DNA of 64,000 nucleotides from Octopus vulgaris (lineage: Eukaryota): assembly GCA_951406725.2 (NCBI GenBank), contig OX597830.1, forward strand, positions 42,718,001 to 42,782,000, written 5' to 3'. The notes beneath the pieces were generated by a model. That model saw nothing but the letters and a program-made list of their open reading frames with translations. It was not told the DNA's origin and did no database searches. The position numbers and the translations under genes are program-made. Position 1 is the stretch's first letter. Each line of letters begins with the position of its first letter. Of the stretch, positions 51,402 through 64,000 are shown piece by piece.

Positions 51402-52590
51402 GAAATGAAGCTAGTGTACTCTTTTGGATGTGCATGTGTGTGTACATATATGTATCCATGTTTTTGATATTTATGTATGTGGGCGTGACAGATGTATGTT
51501 AGTGTGGTTGCAACAGTGTTGCTGGGGAAGAGTGAGAAAAACTGGCATTGGAGTGAGGTTTGGTGGTGTAAAGGAGGGAAGGGGGAGAAGTATGTGTTCA
51601 TTAAATGTATGTATGTGTATAGATGTGTATTCACATAGACATGTGTATGTGTGAGTGTGTGTTTTTTGTGTGTGTTGTTGTAGGGGATTACAGGGGGTGC
51701 ATGATGTTGTGGAATTAGTTGCAGTTTGAATAGGCATTATTCGTTAGAAACCCTGTTCTTGATTGTGGAGCAGCCAATGTTAGTTATCAGCAGTCAGTGG
51801 TTTGAAGTTCACCAGGTAGGTGTACCTCTGAAGGCAGCAATAAGATAGTTTGTATTTTCTACTGATAGATCAGTTTGGAGGAAAATGTACAGCCTTTTGA
51901 GGAGGCAGAGCTAGCAATTGTGGGTGCTAGGTGAGTAGGGTGAGGCCTTGTTGATAATGGTCCATTTGATGTTGGAGGTTTCATTCTGGAGGTCACGGGG
52001 TCATTGGAGGAAATGAGACTAAAGTGGAATTCTCTCCATCCCTGCATTGAAGCAAATGTATATGTTGTGAGTACCTTCCCTTGAAGTCATTGGCTTTCAT
52101 GTCAGTGTAGTGCCTTGTGGTACCATCAGATGGTTTGAGGGTGGCTATGTAAAGTACAACCCTTGCAAGATAGGATCCTCCTAGAGATGGAATCTGGTAG
52201 GGTTTTGGAAGTCATAGGTTGGGGTTGGAGGTTGTGCAGGTGCATGTTTGTGTCTGTTGGAGTGTGCATTGTTAGAAGTGATATTATCTAAACAGGTATA
52301 GCTTATCTTCACATTGTGTAATTTAAGGAGCCTAGAATGCTAGTGGCCTCTGGGGAAATACTTCTTAATCAAAGATAGGGAACTCTTGGATACATTGGTG
52401 GAAACTTTTAGGTCAAATGGGGGTGGGGTGGGTGAACCAGATTATGTTTCCCTTCATGGTCCTCTTCAGGTGCAAGAGTGAGAGTTGGGTGGGGGTCCTC
52501 TATATATGCTAACTTCTTGGTAGAGCCACTCCTTACCAATGCATCATTGTAGTGGTGGTGGTGGGGCAGCCTTGTTGAAGATCTCCAGTA
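50437..52590 (-). mobile_element. Degenerate Penelope-like element (second family) with expanded microsatellite in its 3' region
   Basis: Minus-strand fragments NIIWF..PPF...VSTN......LIKKYFP, VKISYTC, IKWTII.KA.PY.....C.LCL, typical of PLE thumb/GIY-YIG C-termini; end sequence shared with 40277-40880. Confidence 0.75.
50902..51398. repeat. (GTAT)n/(GCAT)n compound microsatellite
   Basis: Read directly. Confidence 0.98.
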
Positions 52591-52710
52591 CCATTGTATT
52601 TTATGCTTTGAACATTAACATATAAATGAGTATATTTATGCACAAATATTTGCTAATGTATTATGCATCAGTGTTTTTTACATATCTTTTATGGTATTTT
52701 CTATTTGCAG

Positions 52711-53848
52711 ATATCATCAAAAATATTTGTGTATCATCCAATTGATATCCATGTGTTCTCTGCTAATTTTATCTGTGTTCTGCTTTACCAATATGTTTTT
52801 TCTCATACACCACCAATTCGGTATTAAATCAACCAATGTAAATGATAATTCTGAAACTAAAGCATCAATTTGTGTCCCTCAAAAAAATATAGTCTTTCTG
52901 AAAGTACACAAAACTGGAAGTACAACGATTATGAATATACTACAAAGGTATGGCATTATAAACAACTTAAACTTTGTTCTACCAAAAAATGGACACTACC
53001 TTGGCAAAACTGAAACACTTATGGAAAATAAAATCCTTCCACCTCCTCAAAATGAGTCCTACAACATTCTTTGCAACCATGTTATTTATAATCAAAGTGC
53101 TTTTCAGAGTCTACTTCCAAGAAATATGTACTATTTTACAATTTTGCGAGAACCTTTAAGTCAATTTGTATCTGCTTTCTTGTATTATAGGAATGTGTGG
53201 AGAAATGAATATCTTCTGGCAGTACCTGGAGAACATTTTATAGGTGAATATCTAAAAAATCCAGTAAAGTATGAATCACTGCTAAAAAATCAGGGATTTT
53301 CTTACACAAATAACCGCATGTCATATGATTTAGGTTTGAAACTATCTGATTTCCATAGTGAGGCTAAAATTTCAAAGCATATTTCTGATTTGGATAAAGA
53401 CTTTCACTTAGTATTGATCCAGGAATATTTTGATATTTCAATGATTCTTCTGAAAAGAAAATTATGTTGGCAAATGAAAGATATGCTTTATATAGAAAGG
53501 AATGTAGCTTCTTCCAGAAATACTCCTATCTTAACAGCTGAAGATACAAACCGTTTTAAAAAATGGGCTAAAGCTGACTATATACTTTATGAACATTATT
53601 TGAAAGTATTTTGGCACAAAATAAGGACTGAAGAGGATATTTTGTCTGAAGTTTATCATTACCAATCATTACTATATCAAACAAAGAAATTTTGTATGAC
53701 CAAGAATTCTTTAGTTTTAGAAATACAAGCCAGTGTTTGGAACAAAGAAATACTTTTACTGAGAAAAGACTGTGACATTATGCTTAAAAGTGAATTGGAC
53801 TTAGTGTATGCTTTGCAGAGAGCATATAGGGAAAAACTAAATTTATGA
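52711..53848 (+). CDS. Galactose-3-O-sulfotransferase (GAL3ST / cerebroside sulfotransferase family), main exon
   Basis: Acceptor ttttctatttgcag| at 52710; N-terminal TM segment; PAPS-binding motifs IVFLKVHKTGSTT and TILREP..QF.S.F.YY; N.M.YDLG, F.LVLI.EYFD.S.ILLKR.LCW, D..LY.H. Paralogue number cannot be assigned by eye. Confidence 0.95.
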
Positions 53849-53918
53849 TGAATGTTAATACAAATCATGTGATATCAAATGTTGGTGGTTGTTTTATTAT
53901 AAAATAATGTTAATGGTA

Positions 53919-54978
53919 TTCTCTTGTGTCTGGGGAGAGTCATTTTCTTTTTGTGCCTTATAATATAACACACTCACTGGTAAAATTTCCACTTATTTCT
54001 TATTTTTATTTTCCTAAAATTTTCGTTGCGTCTTGCGACCTTTTCAATAAGGACGTACCCCTTTGAGAATACCATATGCACCAATGATAACTGCAGTTAA
54101 TGCCAGGATTAGCCCTGGCATTAACTGTAGAACTCGAAATGTAGTTAAGATGCATAGACAGTGCTTGTAAGGACATGAACATGACATACATAGGGGAGAC
54201 ATCTAGGAACATTGCAGAATGACTAAATGTACATCTAAGACAATATGATGACAGAAAACAGTCCTCCATACTCTACCAACATGCCAAAGACCACCATGGA
54301 GGTAACTTGGGTCAACTTGACATCTGCATCTTATCCAAGCACCCAAAAGACCCAACACTCAGACAAATATGGGAGTACATCCTTATAAATGAAACCTCCC
54401 CAATACTAAATAAGAAATATACATAGTGGATATCATACCGCCATACCCACAGTTTACACAGGTAGAGTAGAATAGTTAATGGACTGTTAGGTAGATAGAT
54501 GTATGTGTGTGTGTGGGTGTAAGTGTGTGTGTATTTACATTTTTATTTTGTATGTAAGCATATGGATATGACAATAAACAGATCAACATACAGACAGATA
54601 AGTACATAGGTTATAAGAACAGACAAGCACACATACGCAAATGGAGACTGAAACACATGACCATATATACACACACTTTACTTCACACAAGGACACATAT
54701 GGAGACATGGATCCACACATATAAAGATGCACATCCATACATACAAACATGGGACATACTTGCATAACACATGCACACACAAGGAGACAGAGGTGCATAC
54801 ATATATAAACACATGCTCACACACACATACCTAGAAAATGCACAAACACAGACATGCAAGCACATAAATATGCAGGATACATACAGATGCACACACATAC
54901 ATATGCATACACACACATATATACATACATACACATGCAAACATACATACACACATACATACGTACATGCATGCATAG

Positions 54979-55056
<78 letters not shown>

Positions 55057-55308
55057 ACCTACACATATGTGCACAAACAATCAAAAGGGAACGCAGTGTA
55101 AATAATGGACAGAGTCAAGACTATTGAAAAGGTTGCAAGACACAACAAAAATTTTAGGAAAATAAAAATAAGAAATAAGTGGAAATTTTACCGGTGAGTG
55201 TGTTACATTATAAGGCACAAAAAGAAAATGACTCTCCCCAGACACAACAGAATATGCTTCAACACACGAACTCATATAAAGAATCTTGCAAACCAAATGC
55301 AAAAATTA
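53919..55308 (+). mobile_element. 5'-truncated Penelope-like element (third family) with inverted pseudo-LTR segment and 13-bp TSD
   Basis: GIY-YIG remnant at about 54125-54418 (CRTRNVV...TYIGETSRN...H...HA...H...E.ILI....P.LNKK); 133-bp inverted repeat 53917-54049 / 55122-55254; TSD aatgttaatggta at 53906-53918 and 55309-55321. Confidence 0.85.
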
Positions 55309-56057
55309 AATGTTAATGGTAGTTATTATTTAATGAGGTTGAACATTTGGAAATAAAAGGACATTTTAACCTAAGTTGACGTATTTTTGTTTTGTTAATC
55401 AAATGTAGTAATTTTGAAGATTGCAGAATGCCAAGTTGCTGTAATTGTTGTTTAACTCCAAGTTAACCATGGTTGATGAAAGGTGTTCCAGTTGTGACCA
55501 TCCTGTCTTTTATTCAGACAACAATGCATTTAAAATGGCTGATGCTTGAACAAAGATATGCCTGCCAACAGCTGATAGTTACCACCTTCATAGATCTACT
55601 GCTGCTTCCAATTCTATGGAATGACCATGTTTCCTGGAAAATTAAAGCATCAGATGGTTTGCCACCAAGTTTGCTGAGCCTGGTAAGTGCTTACTACAAA
55701 TACAATAAGGAGATTAGAATGTTAGAAGCATGTTGTGGTATCTCTGTTGCTTTATTACCATGACAACAACAAAGCAAATGCTTAATTCATTGGCAGAGTC
55801 ATCTCAAATAGTTTGTCACATCAGTTGCTGATCAGCCAAAGTATTAATATGTGCTCCCATTAATTCTCAACCATGCTGGTAATGGCTACAATAATTAGAG
55901 GAGGACAGCTTAAAATGTGGTTGGATGTCATCAGGTGTGTTGCAGATTTAACTGGTCTTAATATCTAAGGTAGCTTTTTTTCCACTTGGAAGCCATCCTG
56001 GGTGTATGTGTGTGTGTGTGTATTTGTGTATATATATATGTACATATGTATGTATGT

Positions 56058-56829
56058 ATGACTGATGACCTTGTTGTTATAGCTGAATTACAACCAGAAC
56101 TAGAGAAGAAGTTCCAGGTATGGAAGCAAAGTCTAGAATTGAAGGGCCTAGGAATCAACCTAGCAAAAACCAAAGTCTGACTACCTTATTGTAAAGCCTG
56201 GATGTGAGTAGATTTGTAGTAAGCACTTACCAGGCTCAGCAAACTTGGTGGCAAACCATCTGATGCTTTAATTTTTCAGGAAACATGGTCATTCCATAGA
56301 ATTGGAAGCAGCAGTAGATCTATGAAGGTGGTAACTATCAGCTGTTGGCAGGCATATCTTTGTTCTTAGTAAGTAGAAAGGCAGACAAATCACAAATCCC
56401 TTCAGGTAGATGACCCTGTTTAATCTGTAGAAATGATGTAAGTAGAAACTCTATAAGATGTACCTAGTGTAAGCTTTGGACACATAAGAGGTGCAGCAAT
56501 ATCAGAGGAAGGTTAACAGGGAAATTAACTTTTGTGTGTGGAAGATGCAAAGCAAGTGAAATCATAGTCATGGTTGATGCTGGTGTCATGTAACTGGCAC
56601 CCATGCCAGTGGCACATAGAGAGCACCTTTTGAGTGTTGCACCTCACAAAATAGCTGATGCTGGTGGCATGTAAAAGCACCCATTAGCCTCTTGGAGTGG
56701 TTGGTGTCAGGAAGGGCATCCAGCTGTCGAAATCGATCTAAGACTGGGGTCTAGTGCAGTCTTCCAGCTAGTCAGCCCTGGTCAAACCGTCCAACCCATG
56801 CTAACATGGACAAGGGCTGCTAAATGATG

Positions 56830-56872
<43 letters not shown>

Positions 56873-56875
56873 GGA
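56058..56875 (+). mobile_element. RTE fragment interrupted by an inverted copy of flanking DNA
   Basis: DDLVVIAE...WKQSLELKGLGINLAKTKV | LVSRK...PCLIC...C..CKLWTHKRCS; then 3' tail. Confidence 0.85.
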
Positions 56876-56904
56876 GGAGGAGGAGGAGGAGGAGGAGGAG
56901 GAGG

Positions 56905-56945
<41 letters not shown>

Positions 56946-57400
56946 TTAACACCCATTTTCTTTACTGGCATGGGTTAGATGGTTTGACTGCAACTGGTAA
57001 GCCAGAGAGCTGCACCAGATTCCAGTCTGATTTTGCATGGTTGCACAGTGACATTACACATCCAGTGAAGCATACAAGCTTCATTTCTTACAAGCCTATG
57101 CATGTCCTCTGCAGTCACACTCCATGTTTCACTGCTATGTAGCATGGCTGTTTGCGCACAGGCATCATACAATCTTCCTTTCAGAGGTAGAAGCTCTCTG
57201 AACTTTTCCCAGCCTATTCTTATTCTAACAGTTTTCACTCACAGATCATCCACTTCCACTGCTGACATGGCCACCTAGATAATGGAAACTGTCTACTACT
57301 TCCAAATATCCCTCTGGATATTTGACAGTGTTTATTTTCTGTACATTTCCAGTGTTTATTGCACCTATACATCTGCCACACACAAAGAATACTTTCACTG
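56905..57400 (-). mobile_element. RTE fragment, inverted, internally deleted
   Basis: RIRIGWEKFRELLP..KGRLYDAC.QTAMLH.SETW plus tail on the minus strand. Confidence 0.85.
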
Positions 57401-57404
57401 AGAA

Positions 57405-58473
57405 AGTAGTCTCTTGCTCAGAGCAAAAGGTAGATTGTATGATGCATGTGTACGAACAGCCATGCTACATGGCAGTGAAACATGGGCCGTGACTACTGAG
57501 GACATGCATAAGCTTGCAAGGAATGAAGCCAGTATGCTCCTCTGGATGTGTAATGTCAGTGTGCATACTCGACAGAGTGTTAGTACCTTGAGAGAAAGCT
57601 GGACCTAAGGAGCATTAGATGTGGTGTGCAAGAGAGATGATTGTGCTGGTATGGTCATGTGGTGAGAATGGATGAGGATAGCTGTGTGAAAAAGTGTCAC
57701 ACCCTAGCAGTTGAGGGAACCTGAGGAAGAGGTAGACCCAGGAAGACCTGAGATGAGGTGGTGAAGCATGACTTTCAAATATTAGGCCTCACCGAGGCAA
57801 TGACCAGTGACCGAGACCATTGGAAATATGCTGTGCTTGAGAAGACCCAGCAAACCAAGTGAGACCATAACCTGTGGCCTATGCCAGTGGTGTAACCAGC
57901 CCACTTATGCATACCGTTCCTTCATTGGACACTAAACTCTGCTTGCGAAGACCTGCTGAGGCAAGTGAGATTGAAATCGAAATCAAATTCGATGACAGCA
58001 CCGCATGACTGGCATACATGCTAGTGGAGCGCTAAGAGCATCATCTGAGTGTGATCGTTGCCAGGGCAGCTGACTGGCTCCTGTGCCAGTGGCATGTAAA
58101 AAGCACCATTCGAGCATGATCATTACCAGCATTGTCTTACTGGCACTTGTGCCAGTGGCACGTGAAAAACAATATTCAAGCGAGGTCATTGCCAGTGCTG
58201 CTAGACTAGCTCCTATGCAGGTGGCACGTAAAAAACACTGTTTAAGTGTGGCCATTGCCAGTACCGCCTGACTGGCCTTCATGCCGGTGGAACGTAAAAG
58301 CACCCACTACACTCTCAGCGTGGTTGGCATTAAGAAGGGCATCCAGCAGTAGAAAATCTGCCAGATCAGATTGGAGCTTGGTGCAGCCATCTGGCTCACC
58401 AGTCCTCAGTCAAACCATCCAACCCATGCTAGCATGGAAAGTGGATGTTAAACAATGATGATGATGATGATGA
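57405..58473 (+). mobile_element. RTE LINE 3' end
   Basis: LRAKGRLYDACVRTAMLHGSETW...WYGHVVRM...RGRPRKT; full 3' UTR and (GAT)n. Confidence 0.9.
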
Positions 58474-60364
58474 TATATACACATACACATTGGATAAATG
58501 CATTCACGCATTTACATCTAATGCATACTGTGACCCTACTCCTTTCCTTCATAAAATAAAATATTCATTAAAGAAGATATGCAAGTTGCTTCCTGTTAAC
58601 GATGTCATTAAAATTCTCATTATATGTTTCCTACATATAACTCAACAAGTAACATATTGGAAAAATGGATTTTCTAAGCCTACTGAACAAGTACATTAAA
58701 ATTTTGAATAGATAATCAACTTTGCAGAAACAATGAGAAAATCATTTCCACAATAAATGAATTAAATAGCGTAACTGAATGTCATAGAAACTAAATAATT
58801 ACCTGTATCTTCAGTCACCTGGAATTTTTCCTTTCATTTGTCTATGATCAATGACACTCCATACAATCCCATCACATCCTGTATTTTTCATGGGTAGTTC
58901 TCTTTGGATCACGCAACTGAATATCTTCTTTTTTTAAGATGGTAGTGTGTAATTTATAAGGGATTTAACTGCCATTTCTACCAGGTTCAACCACCACATA
59001 GAGACCTCCTCATTTACTCTTTCATTGATTTTTACAGAGAAACAGAGAAATGAAGTAAAAAATCACAATATTTATCTATACACATCAAATGAAGTGTTTA
59101 ACCTACCCAGATCATTTGCTAGATGTCACTGATAGTGTTTGTTTTTTATAATATAACTGGATAATGATGCTGTTGTTGTGGAAAATGATGATGAAGAGGA
59201 CAATGACAATGACTACTCTAATGATGATGATGCCGATGATGGTGGTGGTAGTGGCAGAAGCAGCAGTAGTGGTAGTGTAGTAGTGGTGACAAAGAGGATG
59301 GTGATAATGATCATGATGATAATCATTAGCATGGTAATAATTAAGTTCAGGTCAGTACTGATCAAGCAGAAAAAGCATTCCAGTTACAATCATCCCTGCT
59401 CTTATCCAGACATTGTGTCTTGTGTATCTAGGATGAGAATATCTAATGTATTATACTCATTTTTTTAAGATGGTAGAGTGTGTTTGTGGGGAATTTGGCT
59501 ACTATTTCTAGCAGTGTGAGCAAGTACCAGAAGCTCAATACCTCGTTAATTTTTAGGTGAAGTTATTTGTGCTGGTGGGGTGATTGCCATATAAATGCAA
59601 TCACTGTAATGAGAAAGAAGCGAAACGAGTTCAGGATGTGTGTCATTTCTGTTTAGAATGTTTCCTTCTTGCAAATGTAGACTGCATGGAACATGTGTAA
59701 AATGTGTGATGCTGCAATGAAGTGTGACACAAACGAGATCTGAAGAAACTGAGAAGAAATGAAGCAAATACAATGTCTAGGCAGAGTCCAAGTGAAGTGA
59801 TTAGTGGCTGGGCATTAAAGCCATCAAGTGAGGTGTGTGTGTGGCTTAGTTGTTAGGTTGTTAGGCTCATGATTGTAAGATTGTGGTTTTGAATCCTGGA
59901 CTGGGTGATGTGTTGTGTTCTTGAGCAAAGCACTTCATTTTACGTTGCTTTACTTCAGTTAGCAAAAATGAATAATCATGTGACAGACTGGTGTCCCATC
60001 CAGGGGGAATCAAATGCACCACAGAAACTGGGAAACCCATCCTCTGAGTCTATATGGTTCAGGAAAGATCTATTAACAGCTGGCATGTATAGGGGAAATG
60101 ACCACAGTGACATAGAGATATAATGCAAACTATCAGTGCATGTTGAACGAAAAGGTTCTATGTGTTAATGGCAAAGTGGAGCAACTGTAGAAAATGGCCA
60201 ATATAGACATGGAAGCATTGGTTGAAGTGAGATTTCTAAATAATGGATTTGATTGATAAGGTTCTGGAGAATATATAAGAGTAGGCTTGTCTAAGGCACA
60301 ACAGTCTCTAAAAAAATTGGTCATATATTATGTGTGTGTTTGTGTGTATCATACTGTATTTGTG

Positions 60365-60675
60365 AAGGCACGTGGCTTAGTGGTTAGGGTATTCAGCTTG
60401 CGATCATAGGGTTGTGAGTTTGATTCCCAGCCGCACATTGTATCCTCAAGCAAGACACTTCATTTCATGGTGCTCCAGTCTCCTCAGCTGGCAAAAATGA
60501 GTAGTACCTGTATCTCAAGGGGCCAGCCCTGTCACACTGAATCTCCCTGAGAACTATGTGAAGGGGTACGCATGTCTGTGGAGTGCCCACATAGTTGTAT
60601 GTTAATCTCATGAGCAAGCTGTTCCTTTGATCATATCAGCTGGGACCCTCATCATCATAATTGACAGAGTGCTTC
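60365..60675 (+). mobile_element. tRNA-derived SINE (second family), inserted in an old RTE-like relic (about 60680-61130)
   Basis: gtggcttagtggttagg ... gagtttgattccc; downstream LYGCKIWTL, LPKIFLFGEL. Confidence 0.75.
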
Positions 60676-61391
60676 CTATCATGCTGTATGGATGTAAGAT
60701 ATGGACTCTGAACCTCTATGACCTAAAGAAGTTTGAACTATTCCATCAAAAGAAATTCTGGTCTATCTTGAACATTGAATGAGAAAACTTTGGCAGACTA
60801 AAGAGAGTAGGACAAATTAGCATGGAGGTTACAACCATCAAGCACTGCCTCTGGCGGGCAAGCCATGTGGCTCATATGGGGGAAAACAGGCTCCCAAAGA
60901 TATTCCTATTTGGGGAACTGAACAATGGGAGATGCCCTTGTCGACCCATCATCTTATGAAGAGACAATGACCAGTTGAAAGAAACTCTGAAAAGTAGTGG
61001 TGTAGAGTAAGATTCCTGGGAAATGACAGTCAACCAACACATTGTTTGGTGTAATTTGACTGAGGCAGGAATATCCTGTTTTGAAGAAAACAGAAGGGAA
61101 GTCAGAATGAAATGACAATGGAGGAAAAACAGAGCAACCCACCCCAACCCCAACCAGCACCTATAATCCAATACAATTCTTGCAATAGACTGATTAGAGC
61201 CAGGGTTCTCACCCATTTTTTTATCTATGAACCCCTTTGATTACTGTTTTATTCTGGTGGACCCCCATAACCATCCAATGTTTAAAAACTAGTTTTATAG
61301 AAACTTCTTTCAAAATCTCTATTTTGTTTCTCACACATTAACTTGTTTAGGTTGAACTACGTAAACTGCTAGAGAAAGAAACCTAGCTGTT

Positions 61392-61880
61392 TATTATTAT
61401 TATTATTCCTATTATAATAAATAATAATGAAATTATTGTATACAGTGCTCAGGTGCACCACAACTTGTCAGAAAGTGCATATAAAGTACATGCAGTAGTG
61501 TAGAAATGTCTGGGTGTATGGAGGGGAGAAAATCAAGTGTAGTGTTGGCGAATCTCAGGAAGCATGGAAGTCTTGAAGGAAGCAGTGCTCCGACAACTAA
61601 CAACCGATGTCGGCAGTTTGTTCCACGCTTCAGCAACTCTCAGCGTGAAAAAATGTTTCCTGAAGTCATGGGAGCTGTGCTGTTTTCTTACTTTGTAAAT
61701 ATGTCCACGGGTGTTAGATGGGTGGAGTTTGAAGAGGTGCTCAGAGTTATTGTTTGTGCGATGGTTGATAATTTTATGGGTGTCTGCCAAGTCAGCTGCC
61801 AGACGTCGGAGTTTCAATGTGTCCATGCCCAGGGAGGTAAGGCGTTCAGGATATGGCAAATGCCTGATGGAGGGTATTCT
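61392..61880 (-). mobile_element. CR1 LINE 3' fragment nested in hAT MITE 61201-62010
   Basis: PYPERLTSLGMDTLKLRRLAADL...TRGH.YK...FF..RV...WN.LP; the MITE sequence of 17927-18271 resumes after the insert. Confidence 0.9.
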
Positions 61881-62675
61881 TTAGGTTTCTTGCAATACAT
61901 AAAGTAAAATTTTTTCAGGGACACATAAAATACTATTGTGGATCCTTGATTTTCTATTTTGTTGCACAGAAACCCAAAAATCTTATATGGCTCCTCAGGG
62001 GTTCATATAAGTTTAGAGTAAGAATATATATCATGGTTTAGAGTAAGAGCATATATCATGTAAGATGTAAACATCAATGAGAAAAATGGGAAAAAAGCAC
62101 AACAAAAAACATAAAATAAAAATAAAAAAATACATTACTTTTTGAAATGAAATTCCTTCTGATATTTGTTTTTCACTATATTGCTGACGTACCATCATTT
62201 GTGAGTTACTATTCTTCCCTCAGCCATCCATTTGTTCCACTCCAAATGAATGTTATCTTCAAAATATTTATCTAGTCAAGCACTTGAATGTTAATCCCCT
62301 TGGAATTACTCCAGTTAATATAACATTTTGTTTTGTTAAACATGACCTGATGATATTAATTCTTAAGTAGGATCTGAACCTGTCCTCAACAAAACTTCTT
62401 TACCCATTTGATGCCAACAATTTGAACACAGCACATCACCCAGTCCAGGAATCGAAACCACAATCTTACAATCGTGAGTCCAACACCCCTAACCACTAAA
62501 CCACACATACACTTCCCAACCACATGGTTTTGGGTTCTGTTTCACTGCATGACACCTTGAGTAAGTGTTTTCTAGTGTAGCTCTGGACTGATTAAAGCCT
62601 TGTGAGTAGTTTTGGTAGATGGAAACTGAAAGAAGCCTGTTAAGCCTGTATATGTACACCACCTTAAATACTTTT

Positions 62676-62725
<50 letters not shown>

Positions 62726-64000
62726 TATATATATATGCATGTATGTGTGTATGTATGTATGTGAGCAGATGTGAATATATAGGAATGTGCATGTTAGTTT
62801 GGGTAACTGTGTAACTATTTTGTTGGTACTCATTGATCCATCCTCCTGAATTATTTTCAAATTTAGGTCCATGGAAGATGTCAGTTATTGTAGCACATTT
62901 CTTCTTTGGCATCAACTTCTGAGAGACTTCATTATTCTTCCAGTGTTGTTTGGTGGGATAACAAATACAGTTTGAAGTAAAATAATATTTTCTTTTTTTG
63001 GCTGATTGAGCCAAGGTGATAAAATATATTAAAATGTAACATTTAAAACTGAAAATGGCGAAAGATGTACAACTACAATGGCAACAAAGAAACAATTTTT
63101 GCAATTGGCCAAAGTGGGTGGGTTAGTGGCACTACTAATTGGTTTTAATGCCTTGGAGTTAAATGGCTGAATGCTGTTTAAATACAGTTTACTTTGATAT
63201 TTTGTATTTTTCTGTATGGTATATGGTGTGGCTGTGTGGTAAGAAGTTTGCTTCTCAGCTACATGGTTCTGAGTTCAGTCCCACTGCATTGCACCATGGG
63301 CAAGTGTCTTCTAATATAGTCCCAGGCTGATCAAAGCCTTGTAAGTGGATTTGGCATGCAAAAAACTGAAAGAAGCCCATCATATATATATGCAAACTGC
63401 CATGCTTCACGGTTGTGAAACATGGGCTGTGACTGCAGAGGACAGCCCTGGGGTCGATGTAATTGACTTAATCCCTTTGTCTGTCCTTGTTTTCCAACCC
63501 TATGTTTAATCCCTGTGGGCAATAAAGAAATAAATACTGTGTTCTCCTGAGTTAGCAGTGCACATTACATCACTTATTAAGGTTATCTCTACAGATATCC
63601 TCTATAATTTCTATAGAATATCTGTAGAGATAATCTTAACAGCATGTACATATAATCCATTAGAACATCTTTATGAAAGTTATCAATATAAGCAACAGCA
63701 GTTGAGCATAGTTTTTGCTTGGGAGTCAGCCTATACATAACTGTAAAGTTAACAAGATTTTATAATAAGAATCTTAAGATTCATTCGTATACCAGATTCA
63801 CCTCCAAGCTATAGTTTACAATAATTACAAGTTATTGAGACAGAAACATGATCACAAGTTTATTAAGGAGTATAATTGATCAAATTGCCTCATGTATATG
63901 ATTGATAATTATTTTACCAGTCCAGTGTATGAAAAGTAAAGTTCATGTCAATAGGATTTTAACTCAGATCTTAAAAGGAAAAAACGTTCTAAATAATGTA

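Noticed and set aside
52691-52710. ORF-track start Met of the sulfotransferase
   Set aside because: It lies in a polypyrimidine tract ending in a strong acceptor (ttttctatttgcag), so it is more likely intronic, although use as a start cannot be excluded
59178-59468. Acidic/Gly/Ser-rich ORF with hydrophobic stretch
   Set aside because: Degenerate (GAT)/(GGT)/(AGT) trinucleotide repeats running into a dispersed repeat

Overview
AT-rich, repeat-dense animal genomic DNA. The SINE, RTE-tail and microsatellite content looks cephalopod (octopus-like); that assignment is inference. There are two host genes on the + strand. The first is the last seven coding exons of a cytosolic NAD-dependent glycerol-3-phosphate dehydrogenase (GPD1 family, 78..19597), which the ORF track misses. 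The second is a galactose-3-O-sulfotransferase (GAL3ST family) with a probable short first coding exon at 36996..37042 and a large exon at 52711..53848. The rest is mostly transposon-derived (RTE and CR1 LINEs, tRNA-derived SINEs, hAT/mariner MITEs, a Helitron, Gypsy relics). The most notable feature is a young Neptune-type Penelope-like retroelement (43545..49393) in the GAL3ST intron. It has an intact RT+GIY-YIG ORF and an upstream ORF1 linked to it by an in-phase U_UUU_UUA -1 slippery heptamer. Its near-identical 299-bp pseudo-LTRs each carry a hammerhead ribozyme motif with a compensated U3-A8 core. Its 3' region holds a CCAAT/CRE array, a TATA box and a mini-exon whose donor is in phase with the host exon. 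A Gypsy-type solo LTR is nested in its 5' UTR. All calls were made by eye; no database searches were run.
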